Notes: generated from the sequence alone by a model not told the origin. A stretch of DNA of 63,149 nt, filler included, from Octopus bimaculoides (GCF_001194135.2; 6 parts of 6 records of this genome joined end to end with filler, not necessarily neighbours in it), one strand, 5' to 3'; numbered from the whole stretch's first letter, positions 1 to 15,119 are shown. Numbers and translations: made by a program.

Positions 1-39
1 GGGAGAAGGCAAGGGAAAGACGAGGAGAGAAAAGATTGG

Positions 40-145
40 TGCCAAGCAGAAAAAGATGTGTAGAAGGAAGACACACACACGCACACGCACGCACACACAG
101 ACATACACACGCACACGAACAAATGCACGCACAAACACACGTTAT

Positions 146-180
<35 letters not shown>

Positions 181-321
181 ACAAACACACGCACACAAAC
201 ACGCACATGCACATATATACAGACATAGACATACAGACATATACACGCATACATATATACATTTATATATTTAACTTTGTATATATATTTATATCTATAT
301 GTAATTATATACGTATATGTA

Positions 322-363
<42 letters not shown>

Positions 364-460
364 GTGAGAAAGGGAGGTTGAGAGAGAGAGAGTGAGAGAC
401 AGAAACAGAAAGAAAGAGAGGGTGAGAGAGAGAGAGTGAGTGAGAGTGAGAGAAGGAAAG
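40..460. repeat. Compound (CA)n/(TA)n/(GA)n microsatellite; representative of dozens across the window
   Basis: Direct reading. Most ORF-track entries ([16 protein letters not shown]) are translations of such tracts. Confidence 0.98.
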
Positions 461-732
461 TCGAAATAGTTCCGTTGCGTTTCTGTAAAGGACACTTAAT
501 TATATAATTATGCCATAAACAATTATGAAGATACTATTAATGTCTGCGAAATGGAAGTACATTCTCAGTTTGCCAAGGAAGGTAAAACTACTTACTGTTG
601 AGTGCGTCCTATCCAGGAGGATGTGGAATTCCTTCATGTACTTTTACAGAACTGCACACTGCTACAGTCCAGCAATAACTTCATAAATCTTCAATGTTTG
701 ACAGACAGGCAAGTAAATGGATAGATAGATTG

Positions 733-782
<50 letters not shown>

Positions 783-1264
783 GTCTGTGCCTGCGTGTCT
801 GTGTGTGTATGTGTATGTGTTTGTGTATGTGCGCGTGCGTGAGTATATGTACATATATATATGTGCATAATAAAACGAATGGTTTACACCTGGTAGCTTA
901 CTGGCAAAGCACAGTCATTTGCCATATATATATGTATGTATGTATGTACGTATATAANNNNNNNNNNATATATATATATATATAATATATAAAGTTGTTA
1001 AAGAGGGCAGCAAACATTAAAGCAAAGCAAACGTGGAATGTAGTACCTTGCTTGAGGACACAACGCACTGCCGGACACCATACTCATCGTGAGCCGAATG
1101 CCTTAACCATTTAGCCACGCGTCTTCTGTCTAATAATAAATATGTAAGTGACTGGATTGGGGCAACGTAAAATAAAGTGTCTTGCTCAAGAGCAGAACGC
1201 ATCACCCGGTCCACAAATCAAAACCTCAATCTTGAGATCTTGAGCCTAATACCCCTAACCACCA

Positions 1265-1470
1265 AAGTGATTTAGCACTTTGGGCAAAATGGCTTAGAGG
1301 CATTCCGTCTGTCTTTACATTCTGCATTCAAATATTTTCCGAAGCCGACTTATCTTTCATCCTTTCGGGGTTGATAAAATTTAAGCACCATTCGAGCAAT
1401 GGGGTTGATGTAATCGACTTACTCCCAACTCTGAAATTGCTGGCATTGTGCCAAAATTTGAAACCAATAT
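1265..1470 (+). mobile_element. tRNA-derived SINE family B copy
   Basis: TTC.G.ATTCAAAT..CTTTCATCCTTTCGGGGTTGATAAA..GGGGTTGATGTAATCGAC. Confidence 0.8.
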
Positions 1471-2299
1471 TTAGATAAGCAGTATTCTTATGAAGTCAGG
1501 CTAGGGAGAAGAGATCATCTAGATTAAAATTTGCCTTTGGTAGAGAGAGCCAAGGACAAAATTAGCATCGAGGAGGCCTAGTTTTGCATATAGAACTCCG
1601 GGTGGTTTTCTGATACATTATTTTTTTGAGGGGGAAAAGTGCATCTTACGCTCAATTAAATGCGATGATTTATTTAATCGACCTCGGAAGGATGAAAGGC
1701 AAATTTGAAACCTTAGCGAGATTTGAACACTGATCATTACGGAAACAAATACTTCAAGGCCTTGTATATGACACTCCAATGTCTTTGGAAATCCACCACT
1801 CTCGGTGCTCTACTGATTCTGCCAGACAAGACAGAAAATGTTTACATCGTCTTGATGCTTGACAAACAGGAAGCCATCTTGATTTTATAAAAAAATATGG
1901 CGGTTTGTCTACCGTCTTTTCAATTTTCACAGCCTTCCTTCCACCTTTGAGAAGCACTGCCTCGTATTACTGCCAGCACGACACACATAAACACTCTCTC
2001 TTCCTCTCTCTCTTTCTCTCTCTTTTTCTCTCTTTCTTTTCCTTCTCTCTCTCTCTCGCTCTCTTTCTCTCCCTCTGTTTCTCTGTCTCTCTCTAAACGC
2101 GGACTGCATTTAATAGCAATAAGGCAACGGGAAAAGACGAAATTGGATAATGGAGTCCAGAAGACATGAAATGAAATAAGAAAAATTCAAATTAATGAAA
2201 TAGAAAAGTAGGATGGTCACATTTGGAACCCCTTTGAAGATAGTTTCTGCTAAATTAGGGGTGACCTGGGTGTAAACAAAATCAAGAACAAGAGCAACC

Positions 2300-2735
2300 A
2301 CAAAACAACAGCATCATCGTAGGCAGCAGCACCACACCTACAGCATCAGGGTCATCATCACCCTCATCATCTTCAGCAGCAGCAGCAGCAGCAGCAGCGG
2401 TAGCAGCAACAACAACAACGGCAGCAACAACGACGATAACAACAACAAAAACAACAGCGTCTTCAATAACATCACCACCACCATCATGCTCTTCCCCTTC
2501 CTCTTCCCTTCCACCTGCTCTTGCTCCTCCTCCTCCTCTTTCTCCTCCTCTTTCTCCTCCCCTCCTTCTCCTCCCCTCCTTCTCCTCCCCTCCTCCTCAT
2601 TCTCCTCTCCTCCTTCTCCCCTCCTTCTCCCCTCCTCCTGCTTCTCCTCCTTCTCTTCTTCCTCCTCCTCCTCCCCCTCATCTCCTGCTTCTTCTCGTTC
2701 TGCTCCTTCTTCTCTTCATTTTCATCATCATAATN
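2300..2735. repeat. (CAG/CAA/CAT)n followed by (CCT/CTT)n triplet low-complexity block
   Basis: Direct reading. Confidence 0.95.
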
Positions 2736-3594
2736 NNNNNNNNNNNNNNNNNNNNNNNNNNNNNNNNNNNNNNNNNNNNNNNNNNNNNNNNNNNNNNNNN
2801 NNNNNNNNNNNNNNNNNNNNNNNNNNNNNNNNNNNNNNNNNNNNNNNNNNNNNNNNNNNNNNNNNNNNNNNNNNNNNNNNNNNNNNNNNNNNNNNNNNNN
2901 NNNNNNNNNNNNNNNNNNNNNNNNNNNNNNNNNNNNNNNNNNNNNNNNNNNNNNNNNNNNNNNNNNNNNNNNNNNNNNNNNNNNNNNNNNNNNNNNNNNN
3001 NNNNNNNNNNNNNNNNNNNNNNNNNNNNNNNNNNNNNNNNNNNNNNNNNNNNNNNNNNNNNNNNNNNNNNNNNNNNNNNNNNNNNNNNNNNNNNNNNNNN
3101 NNNNNNNNNNNNNNNNNNNNNNNNNNNNNNNNNNNNNNNNNNNNNNNNNNNNNNNNNNNNNNNNNNNNNNNNNNNNNNNNNNNNNNNNNNNNNNNNNNNN
3201 NNNNNNNNNNNNNNNNNNNNNNNNNNNNNNNNNNNNNNNNNNNNNNNNNNNNNNNNNNNNNNNNNNNNNNNNNNNNNNNNNNNNNNNNNNNNNNNNNNNN
3301 NNNNNNNNNNNNNNNNNNNNNNNNNNNNNNNNNNNNNNNNNNNNNNNNNNNNNNNNNNNNNNNNNNNNNNNNNNNNNNNNNNNNNNNNNNNNNNNNNNNN
3401 NNNNNNNNNNNNNNNNNNNNNNNNNNNNNNNNNNNNNNNNNNNNNNNNNNNNNNNNNNNNNNNNNNNNNNNNNNNNNNNNNNNNNNNNNNNNNNNNNNNN
3501 NNNNNNNNNNNNNNNNNNNNNNNNNNNNNNNNNNNNNNNNNNNNNNNNNNNNNNNNNNNNNNNNNNNNNNNNNNNNNNNNNNNNNNNNNNNNNN

Positions 3595-3629
<35 letters not shown>

Positions 3630-4073
3630 GTATGTATGTATGGATACAAGTATATATATATATATGTGTGTGTATATATAAATATATATATATACGCATA
3701 TGTGTATACGTGTGCACACACACACACGCACACCTATATATTATCGAAATATAACTGTTAGATCCAAGATCCTAAGTGTAGGAAGTTTGTAAGCTTCGAG
3801 CAGTCTGTTGTAGGTATAAAAACAACTTTCAGGAACAACAATCTTAATTTATCTTTATATTTTTATCTTTTTTATTCTGTTCTTCTGGTTTTATCATTCA
3901 TTTCAAATCACAATTTCACTTTGTCAATTTGCGATCCCCAAACAATATATTTAAGGTATCTTTGGCCTTGAAGAGTAGCTGTTGAGTATCCCTCATTGAG
4001 TAATTATTACATCAGAGGATCTACTAATTATGAAACATACCTGGGTTTTACCTGTTCCACTCTCACTTTGGAT

Positions 4074-4123
<50 letters not shown>

Positions 4124-4625
4124 NNNNNNNNNNNNNNNNNNNNNNNNNNNNNNNNNNNNNNNNNNNNNNNNNNNNNNNNNNNNNNNNNNNNNNNNNNNNN
4201 NNNNNNNNNNNNNNNNNNNNNNNNNNNNNNNNNNNNNNNNNNNNNNNNNNNNNNNNNNNNNNNNNNNNNNNNNNNNNNNNNNNNNNNNNNNNNNNNNNNN
4301 NNNNNNNNNNNNNNNNNNNNNNNNNNNNNNNNNNNNNNNNNNNNNNNNNNNNNNNNNNNNNNNNNNNNNNNNNNNNNNNNNNNNNNNNNNNNNNNNNNNN
4401 NNNNNNNNNNNNNNNNNNNNNNNNNNNNNNNNNNNNNNNNNNNNNNNNNNNNNNNNNNNNNNNNNNNNNNNNNNNNNNNNNNNNNNNNNNNNNNNNNNNN
4501 NNNNNNNNNNNNNNNNNNNNNNNNNNNNNNNNNNNNNNNNNNNNNNNNNNNNNNNNNNNNNNNNNNNNNNNNTTTTACCTGTTCCACTCTCACTTTGGAT
4601 TATATATATATATATACATATATGT

Positions 4626-4930
4626 GGAGGCACATGGCCTAGTGGTTAGAGAAGCGAACTCGCGGTCGAGGGATCGTGGTTTCGAACCTCAGACCGGGCG
4701 ATGTGTGTGTTCATGAGCGAAACACCTATGCTCTACGCGACTTCGGCAGAAGGTAATCGCGAACCTCTGCTAATTGTTTCGTCACAACTTTCTCTCGCTC
4801 TTTCCTCCTGCATCTAGCAGCTCACCTGCGACGGATTGGCGTCCCGTCCAGGTGGGGAACCTATACGCCAATGAAACCGGGAAATCGGCCCTTATGAGTC
4901 AGGCATGGCTCGAGGAGGAACAAACAACAA
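4626..4930 (+). mobile_element. tRNA-derived SINE family D with V/Meta-like central domain
   Basis: Head GGAGGCACATGGCCTAGTGGTTAG..GGTTTCGAACCTC, body CCTGCGACGGATTGGCGTCCCGTCCAGG, and (AAC)n tail. Confidence 0.82.
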
Positions 4931-6356
4931 CAATATGCATATATGCATACATGCATTCCCCAGAACAGAAGTACGACCCCCAGGTCGCAAGGCTTCCAGT
5001 CTGAGAATTCGTTCCACTCTTCCTCCTACAATTCTCGGAGTCCTTATAACGGATGATAGGAACTTTCTCCCCTCTTGACTAAAGTACAAAACAAACATTG
5101 AAATGGCGGCTCAAATCTGTGACAATAACCTTGTTGCTTCCGTCAAATAGTTATACATTTGAGATGAAAGTTATGAAATACGCTAGTCGCCTATTGCTCA
5201 GAATTCACCATGTCGTTAACCTTGACAAGTACTGAATGTATTCAAATATACCCAAACATAACATTAACCTTGAAATAAAGCCACAGCAAACCGTAATAGA
5301 ATATAGATTTCATTTCATAGAATTCTCAAGATCCGTGACGTCAGTTTTGGCAACTATGGCTATTGTTGTTGAACAAATTTGAACACAAGAACTAAGTGAT
5401 TGATACTGGTCTACACCAGTTCATTGACATAAAAATATATGGAATTATGTATGTGAGACGTGAAAAAGCGATATATACGATATCCTTCCGAACAGGAAGT
5501 CTATTTTGTTAGTCGGTTTTCGTGGTTATAGTTTTTTTTTTCTTTTTGAGAACGTGGCCTGTAATACGATTTTTCTCCCCATTAAGAACGAGTTCTATGG
5601 CACCTCTTTCTTTCTTTTCAGAACGAGACATGTGATATTCTTTCCATTCGTTTAAAGAATGGGTCCTGTGATACTCATTCCTGTCTATGGAACACTAATG
5701 TTATCCGATTTCTTAACAAATGCTATTGCTTCTATTGGTTTGAGACTTTGCAAAGTATCGAACCAGATACCACTTAGCAGCAAAATGATTATTTATAAGA
5801 TCATATCTTTAGTCACGTTGAGTATACGAGTATTTTGCCACTCATGTGTCTTCTACAAATTCCAGAAATAAGGACTCTGTATCGCACTCCCTGATTCTTT
5901 GTTCCGTCTACTTCTTTGTCAGCATTCAATTCAGATCAACTCTGAGGATAGCTTATTAACTTTGGAGCTATTTCCTGTTACAGTGACAAATTGGTCGAGA
6001 TTGCGTCTTCTCTTTACCTCTCAGAAGACAGCCCTTCGACAGAGTCACACGATGGAATAAACATTAAAAATTATGCAGTTTATGTTTGACGAAGAAATAT
6101 CACATCTTCAGTAACCAAGAGAGAACGAGAGCTAATATCGATTTGCAGACACTGTATACCAGGTTTTAATATATGTTCCCGAACTAGCAGGGCACAAGTG
6201 GTGTCACATCACGAGACACACAGCTATCTTGTCTTTTGTTTAAAACACAATGAGGAATCCCAATGCGAGATCACTGTGCCCATATTCCTTGACACTAGCG
6301 TGAAAACACTGCGAGGTAACAACAATACTCGCAAATTAAAGTCAAACGCAGGGAGA

Positions 6357-6394
<38 letters not shown>

Positions 6395-6404
6395 NNNNNN
6401 NNNN

Positions 6405-6448
<44 letters not shown>

Positions 6449-7536
6449 TGTGTGAGAGAGAGAGAGATGCAAGCAGATAGGCTGTCAAGAATAATGGGCG
6501 GACAAGATGGATGGGATGTTTTTACATACGTACGTAATTACATATATAAATACATAAATACGTATATGTATATATGTATGTATGTATGTATGGGAGCGTA
6601 TCTGCTTGCATGTCTCTGTCTCTGTCTCTCTTTCTTTTTCTCTTTCCCTGCGTGTGTATGTTTGACTGTTTAATTTGCGACTATTTTTGTTACTTCACTT
6701 ATATATATATATATATATATATATATAATGTATTGATCTGTGATAGAAAATTCAACAAACAAGTACTCCATCTGGTGAGAGAAAATGCTGCCTTCTCAAT
6801 TTTTTTCGCGTTTCTTCTATTATTCGATTTTGTTTTTAATTCGTTATGGTATGTGGTTTGTGCCTGAAGAATATATTTTAGTATTTCTCAACATATGAAA
6901 CTATTATTTGTAGGACTTAAATATATGTATTGTGTCCTTTAAATAAATAAAATTACATATAGCAAATGGAAGTGTTATAATAATATTCAACATATACAAA
7001 AACAGCCATACCAACAATCCAACATACCTCCATCATCAGCTGCCCCACAGATATCATTATGGTAATGATTTCAAATTTTGGCACAAGGCCAGCAATTTCG
7101 AGAGAGGAGGGTTAGTCGATTACACCGATGTCAATGATCAACTGGTACATATTTTATTGAGCCTGAAAGGATGAAAGGCAAATTGGACGTTGGTGGCGTT
7201 CGAGAACAATAATGAATAGAAAGACAACACAGCTTCTCAGACGCATTATCTTCTTAACGCTATTAAACCAGAAACCAACGATGATGACCAAACGTGTCAA
7301 CGAAGTTAGTACAATGGCAGGGAGGGGAAGGTGAGGGGAAGGTGAGGGGAAGGTAAGGGGAAGGTGAGGGGTGGGGGTGTTTAGGCGGCGAGATAATGAA
7401 TTCATTTCTTAAAATGAAGATTTCTTGGGTCTCAATTTTCTAGGGCATCGTCGTCTTTGTACTTCCTATTTCAGGTGACAACAGTAGATTCCGCCCTACT
7501 TCAGGTGTACATCAGATACAGTCTCATAAAAAAACA

Positions 7537-7574
<38 letters not shown>

Positions 7575-7707
7575 TGTACAAACACACACATATATAGATA
7601 CATATATATAAGTATGTATATGCATATATATGTAGATATATATATATATATGTATGCATATAGATATATGTATATATATATATGTATGCATNNNNNNNNN
7701 NNNNNNN

Positions 7708-7750
<43 letters not shown>

Positions 7751-7962
7751 TACATATATAGATATATATGTGTGAACAACTCTGTGTTTTATGTTTCTAT
7801 GTGTGTGTGCGAATATATATGCACACACACACATATATATATATACATACATGCATATATATACATACATACATACATATATATATATATGTATATATGT
7901 ATGTATATATGTATGTATGTATGTATGTAACAGGTAAATGCACAAATTCATACACACGCATT

Positions 7963-7994
<32 letters not shown>

Positions 7995-8151
7995 GAGTGA
8001 GTGAGAGAGAGATAAAGAGAGATGAAGGAAGACCTGGTTATATTGATAAAGATGTACTGCAAATATTCGTAAACAACACGGTAAGTCTCTAACCACTGAT
8101 CACCACATTGTAATGAACATCCACGCACAAACCACCTTCAGTACACCCCCT

Positions 8152-8193
<42 letters not shown>

Positions 8194-8258
8194 GTATATA
8201 TACTTACACACATGCACACACGTATAATATGTATGTATATATACCCCCCCACACACAC

Positions 8259-8296
<38 letters not shown>

Positions 8297-8395
8297 CTAT
8301 ATGTACCTCGCTTCGCTGGTCACATATCTCTCACCAAGCTTCCTATTCCTAACGCAGCTGTCAAAATCCTATCATCACACACGCACACACACACA

Positions 8396-8444
<49 letters not shown>

Positions 8445-9022
8445 TCTCTCTCTCGCATACACACACACTCACGCACACACATTATTTCAAAAGTGCTCAT
8501 TAAAAATAACGAAACTACATCTAACAACTAATTTGAGTGGCCTTCTTCGGTATGTGTGTACGTAGATGCGTGTATGTGTGTGTAAGAGTGCGTGTGCGTA
8601 AGAGCTCGGGTATGTATGACTCTGTATGTGTGTGTGTGTGTGTGTGTGCGTGTGTCAAACACTAATATAATATTCATCCAGCTGTAATACAGGTGCAAAA
8701 TTATTTACCTGTCTCCAATGACCACAACGCCTTTCATCTTATGTATGACGACAACAATACCTGCATTCTAGTTCTGCATTCCGTTATTCTCATACCTCAC
8801 AAGGATTTTGGTGCTTCTTTCTCTGGACCGAACTTAGTGTACTTAACTAACGTACTTAACTAACCAACCATTAAATAGGAGTAACCTTAGCAAACCGAAC
8901 TTAGTTCAGTGAAACCTACCTGCGCATATAGGTACATGTATGTATGAATGTATGTATGTATGGATGTATGTATGTATGGATGGATGGATGGGTGGATGTA
9001 TGCATGTATGTGTCTGTCTGTG

Positions 9023-9065
<43 letters not shown>

Positions 9066-9764
9066 GTTTAAGTGCGTATCCACCTACCTACTCACCTATA
9101 TATCCATCAATCTCTCTCTCTCACACACACACTCTCTCTCGTTCTACCTCTCTCTATCTATATGCCTATCTATCTGTCCGTTTGTTTGTCTGCCAGTCTC
9201 TCGACCGAACTTGTTCTCGATTTGTTTAGCTATATAATAATAAAAAAAGAAAAACAGCCTCTTGAATGTTTTTGGTGTTGTTTTGCTATCAAGTGTAGGT
9301 CCCTAAATCCGCATTATCCAGGGTCGTTCTTTTTCTAAATTAAAGGAGATTTGACTGCTATTTTTAGCATGCCGAATGACTACGTAGAAGCTCTCTCGTT
9401 TAAAACCTCATAACCTCGGGAATTTCTCGTCTCAGCGTCGTGTCCTCGTATAATCATCTATTTAAGTATTATATTGTCCACATGTCTGTCTCGTTTTAAT
9501 TTTAGGTTCCACATAGCAGTCACACCCGAATTCTTCTCCCCCCCCCCACTACACACTCACATTCACATATACCACACATAGATGTACACATCTACAAACA
9601 TACAAGCACCCAAACACGAACACACAAAGACATACGCGTCTTTCATAATGTCCTCATTGCTCTGTGGCGTTGGTTCTTAACCTGGGCAGCAGTATTGCCC
9701 TCTTGGAGGTGTTTTGAGATCACAAGAGGGCGCAGCGGTGGGGGTGTTGAATGTTTACTTGGGT

Positions 9765-9990
9765 GCATTCGAGCTGGCAAAATCGTTAGCTCGGTGGGAG
9801 AAGTACTTCGTGGCATTTCTTCTGATTTTACATTCTGAGTTCAAATTCCGCTGAGATCGATTTTGTCTTTCATTCTCTCGGAATCGATAAGACAAGTACT
9901 AGATGCATACTGGGGGTCGATGCAATCAACGAGACCCCCTACCCACAAATTTCAGGTTTTGTGCTTAGAGTAGAAGGGACTTCTTAGAAA
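9765..9990 (+). mobile_element. SINE family B copy
   Basis: GAGCTGGCA.AATCGTTAGC..TTCTGAGTTCAAATTCC. Confidence 0.8.
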
Positions 9991-10276
9991 TAAAATATTT
10001 AAACCGAATACAATATTTCGATTAAAAACTTAGGATCCATTCAATAGAAAATGGATCTTATTGGTTTTACCGTTAAGCTTTGATTTTAAAAGCTTATGAG
10101 CAAAACCATCCAGTCATGACCATCGCATTTAGGGCTGAATTATCTAAAGTATATTTGTTGTTGTTTAACCCCAGGTCAACTCTGCTCCAGTAGACCCATA
10201 ATTCTTTTCTACTCTAGGCACAAGGCCCGAAATTTGGGGGTAGGGAGCCAGTCGATTAGATCGACCCCAGTACGCA

Positions 10277-10682
10277 CAGGAGTGGCTGTGTGGTAAGTAG
10301 CTTGCTTATCAACCACATGGTTCCAGGTTCAGTCCCACTGCGTGGCACCTTGGGCAAGTGTCTTCTACTATAGCCTCGGGCCGACCAAAGCCTTGTGAGT
10401 GGATTTGGTAGACGGAAACTGAAAGAAGCCCGTCGTATATATGTATATATATATATATATGTATATGTGTGTGTGTTTGTGTGTGTGTGTTTGTCCCCCT
10501 AGCATTGCTTGACAACCGATGCTGGTCTCCGCCACTTAGCGGTTCGGCAAAAGAGACCGATAGAATAAGTACTAGGCTTACAAAGAATAAGTCCCGGGGT
10601 CGATTTGCTCGACTAAAGGCGGTGCTCCAGCATGGCCGCAGTCAAATGACTGAAACAAATGAAAGAGAAAAAAAAAGAGTAA
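10277..10682 (+). mobile_element. tRNA-derived CORE-type SINE (family A) with internal (AT)/(GT) microsatellite
   Basis: A/B-box-like head GGAGTGGCTGTGTGGTAAG..GGTTCAGTCCC, CORE-like CCTTGGGCAAGTG, and AAAGAGT tail; near-identical to other copies. Confidence 0.92.
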
Positions 10683-11030
10683 GCAAAAAACAAAAAAAGA
10701 AGAAAAAGCAGTGTGTTGCAGATTTAAACAAGATCTAGTTGCTTTTTCTAGAAGGTCGTGTGACTGCGTCGAGGATCACTTTGACCCGGGGCTAAACAAC
10801 AACATTGGGTCGTTCTATGACAAACAAGAGAAACACTAGAAGGAAATGATGTCTGTTTTGAACTTCAAATTTTCACATTTACAATTGCGACTTCCTGCAA
10901 TTCCGTATCGCTTAATGCTTTACTTCAAATTCGTCCTTGCCATGTGTGCGTGTGCGCGTGCGTATGTATGTGTGTGAGTGTACGTGTGTGTGCACACCAG
11001 CGTCTTTGCATCTGTGTGTGTGTGTATCTT

Positions 11031-11102
<72 letters not shown>

Positions 11103-11155
11103 NNNNNNNNNNNNNNNNNNNNNNNNNNNNNNNNNNNNNNNNNNNNNNNNNNNNN

Positions 11156-11207
<52 letters not shown>

Positions 11208-12236
11208 ACATACATATATATATATATATACACACATATGTATGCATGTATGTATATGGGTGTTTGTGTACACACACACACTAAATAAGTACATGTATAA
11301 CATATATGAAAAACATACTGGTATACACACACATATGCACACTCACACATGCGCGTGCGCGCAGACAAACACACACCTACACACACACACGCACACTCAC
11401 ACGTACACGCAGTTACTCTCTTTCACATACACATTAAAATCCTGACTTTTTCTATCTTCACGATGTTGTGACCTGGAAGTTCTTTTTTCGAAGTGAAGCC
11501 ACAAGTAATTCCTTATGATTTCAACTTCACTCCTACTGCTACCATTGCTGTTGCTCCTCCTCCTCCTCCTCCTCCTCCTGTTGCCGCTTCTGCTACTGCC
11601 GCTGCTGCTGCTGTTGTCGTCATTTAGCATCATGTCGGCTCTGGCCTAACGGTCTCCGTTTATGCTCGACCAATCCGATTTTCTTAAACAACGAAACCAC
11701 AGACTATATTTCTTTTAGCGTTTGTGTTTTTGTTAAACCCAGATGGGTGTGGCACCAGGAAGATTTCGCTGCCGATTCTGGCTGATCTGGAATGTATTTT
11801 ATATTATAATACATATATTCTTTTATACACGCACTCATTTACATTCGTACACACACTTATATACTGTATACATATAAGTATATATGCATACATGCATGCA
11901 TGAATGCATACATGCGCGCATACATGCATTATCTATATGTACATATCTATATACATATATTTGTATGTAGAAGGTTATATATATATATATATATATATAT
12001 ATGCATATGAATACATACGGATATATAGTGATGTATATATGTATATATATATATATATATTGTGTACATACACACAGACACACACACACACATATATATC
12101 CGCATATATAGTTCTGTATATATACGTATTTAGATTTGTACATATACAAATATACATGAATATATACATATATATATACATATGTTTTATGTATATACGC
12201 GTGTTCCTACACGCACGAACATATATCAATGTGTTT

Positions 12237-12321
<85 letters not shown>

Positions 12322-14278
12322 CATTGTAAACGTAAATTTGAGACCAAAAAATGAATTACAAACCCACAGGCGGATATTATGTTTTAATATTGTTTATATT
12401 AAAATTCTTAACTGTTAATTTACAATATATAGGCAGTGTGTGTGTGTGCATGTGTGTATCTGTATGTCTCTGTGTGTGTGTGTTTGTGTAGTTGGGTGTT
12501 ACTCTGTATGCGTGCATGAGTACGTTTGAAAGGGAGAATGCAACATTCTGAAGCTGGCTAGTATCTCATTGCTAATTGTTTTAACAGCAATAGCTTTTAA
12601 GTACAAACTAAACCTTTTTTTAACTTGAGATATTACATAATCTTTGCTTCTATTATAAGTAAGTTAGTATTAATACATTTAATGTCAGGAGAATTTAGAA
12701 CTTAATTATGCGACGGGGAAAATAAATCAATATAATCTAAGGGCTAATATTAGTTTATTTTGCATCTCACCAACAAAGTATAAATTTTTTTTAAAGCATA
12801 AAGAAGTATTGAAATTTACTTGAAGCATTGCAATAGATGTAAATGAGACAAATACTTGCAAAAACCTTTGAGTAATTGAGAAGTCACGCAAGGCGACTAA
12901 GTTGATGGCAATGAATGCAAACAAAGAAAAAATACTCTATAACGTCACATGGATTGTTTAATATTCATATAATATTTCGGGAAATGTTCTCCTTCTGAAA
13001 TAGAAGAAGCAGAATAATGGAATGGAGAGATGCGCTATTATCGGCAGGTCATTCTACTGAATTAGCCAGTATGCCAGTGGTATTAGTAGTTGTGGTTGGT
13101 TGATTGCGGGTACGTAAATAGTGCCTTGAATAGTGAATGATAGTTCAATTTTAAGGTACGTGAGGCAGTAAGTAGAATATTTTGAAATTTTCTTTGGCCA
13201 GGCAATATGTAGTTAAAATGAGGTTTACTTGAAAACAATAGCTAAGTTAGTGTTAACATCATGAAATGCTGGAGACGTTAAATAGAAATGACTAGAAATA
13301 ACCATGAGATAGAAGGAAAATGATATTAGTCAATCACTAGTGCTCTTTTGAGGGTTTTCCGAACGGCAACTATAGGAGGTGTCTCTAGGCATATTTAGAT
13401 ATTATGCTTAGATTTCATTTCTGTAACATAATTAATTTGGAGACAGTCATAAACATCTCCTGCCAATGTGCAAAACTCACTAAAGGATAGAACTTCAATC
13501 AGGTTGCTCGATCTGCAAGAAATCAGAGTCGATTCTTCTTCAAATGACATCCTGCAGGTAAAGATTAAAGAAGAAACATTATATATATATATATATATAT
13601 ATNNNNNNNNNNNNNNNNNNNNNNNNNNNNNNNNNNNNNNNNNNNNNNNNNNNNNNNNNNNNNNNNNNNNNNNNNNNNNNNNNNNNNNNNNNNNNNNNNN
13701 NNNNNNNNNNNNNNNNNNNNNNNNNNNNNNNNNNNNNNNNNNNNNNNNNNNNNNNNNNNNNNNNNNNNNNNNNNNNNNNNNNNNNNNNNNNNNNNNNNNN
13801 NNNNNNNNNNNNNNNNNNNNNNNNNNNNNNNNNNNNNNNNNNNNNNNNNNNNNNNNNNNNNNNNNNNNNNNNNNNNNNNNNNNNNNNNNNNNNNNNNNNN
13901 NNNNNNNNNNNNNNNNNNNNNNNNNNNNNNNNNNNNNNNNNNNNNNNNNNNNNNNNNNNNNNNNNTATGTGTGTTACTCTATGTGTGTATGAATGCAAGT
14001 GTATTTGCATGTATGTTTGTATGTGTGCATGTTTGCATTATGTATGCATACGTATATGCTTACATATACACACACAAACGCACATATATGTATACATATG
14101 TATGCATAAAGACGCATGTATGCACACACATACACACATGCATATCTATATGTTTGTGTGTGTCTGTGTCTGTGTGTGTGTATACATACATATGTATACG
14201 CATACATATGTATACGCATACATACATGTATATGCACATATATGTGACCACACATGCACACATACACATACACTGACA

Positions 14279-14315
<37 letters not shown>

Positions 14316-15119
14316 ATATGTATATCAAATTAGCTTTAAATACTACAGCGAGTCATTATTGTTTAGACGCCTTAGCAAGCAATTATTGTATTTGTTACGA
14401 CAATGTTCTCACAGAATAAATGATAACTATTTCTCATTTCTTTATTTTATCTCTCCCCCACCCCAGTTCTAACCTTCCCCGCCCTTGTTCCTCCATTCTC
14501 ACTGGTTCCTCTTTCATGTTTTGCTATTAAGTCTATCTCTACTGCTCTTCTTTTTCTGTTTCTTATTCCTCTTCTTCTAATTTCTCCATCTCACGCTCGC
14601 TCTCTCGAACACTCATCCTGTCCGTCCGTCTTCCACTGTTTTCTCTCTGTCTCTCTCTCTCGCTTTTTATGAAATGGAATAACCAAATGAATAAGTTACT
14701 GCCCATAGGCACAAGGCCTCCTTGACTGGTGAGTTCCACGCGTTTATCAACGTTATCTAACAATTTCTTACGCTTGGGAGTATCTTGTATCTCTATAAAG
14801 CCAGGGCCTTCTCTGCTTCTCTTAAATTGCTCGATCGAATTCAAAACCGGGATGTTATCATGGTAGATCCACTTATTTCTACTTGGTTAGTTTCTTTGAC
14901 TCATCATCAAAATATATATTAGCTGTATCTTTTCTATAAGTAATTCCGTGGTCATTGCTCTGATAACCTTTGGGTGTAGTACTTCTATCAAGAGCTTTAA
15001 ACTTGTAACACGCTTCTCTTTCCAGACGTACCGTTCCTCTGTTGAGCGTCTTGTTAATCATAAGTCTTTTTTACATTATTTATATTTGACGGATATTTGT
15101 CCTCATCTTGTTTGTTGTT

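Noticed and set aside
2300-2480. Possible polyQ/polyH coding exon
   Set aside because: No splice-bounded open frame with non-repetitive flanks; merges into a CT-rich microsatellite.
4040-4625. Direct repeat TTTTACCTGTTCCACTCTCACTTTGGATTATATA on both sides of a gap
   Set aside because: Typical contig-end overlap artefact.
4626-4700. tRNA-like sequence with A and B boxes (also the heads of other SINEs)
   Set aside because: No full cloverleaf; continues into a SINE body and tail.
11742-11791. Short AG-bounded frame DGCGTRKISLPILADLE with a ZP-like GCGT motif
   Set aside because: Too short, weak donor, and wrong position relative to the ZP-N exons.
13453-13557. TSPANVQNSLKDRTSIRLLDLQEIRVDSSSNDILQ|gtaaag as an earlier betaglycan orphan-domain exon (cf. 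EEVHIIELITPNSNPYSAFQ|V)
   Set aside because: Suggestive ending and donor, but an in-frame stop at 13450, no convincing acceptor, and the conserved Cys is missing.
36-14472. Many long ORFs rich in HT, YI, CV, RE or LS dipeptides, or spanning N runs (also throughout the rest of the window)
   Set aside because: Translations of dinucleotide microsatellites and assembly gaps; not genes.
14563-15061. Two minus-strand ORFs next to hammerhead copy A as a Penelope ORF start
   Set aside because: No recognisable RT or GIY-YIG motif, and the frames are discontinuous.
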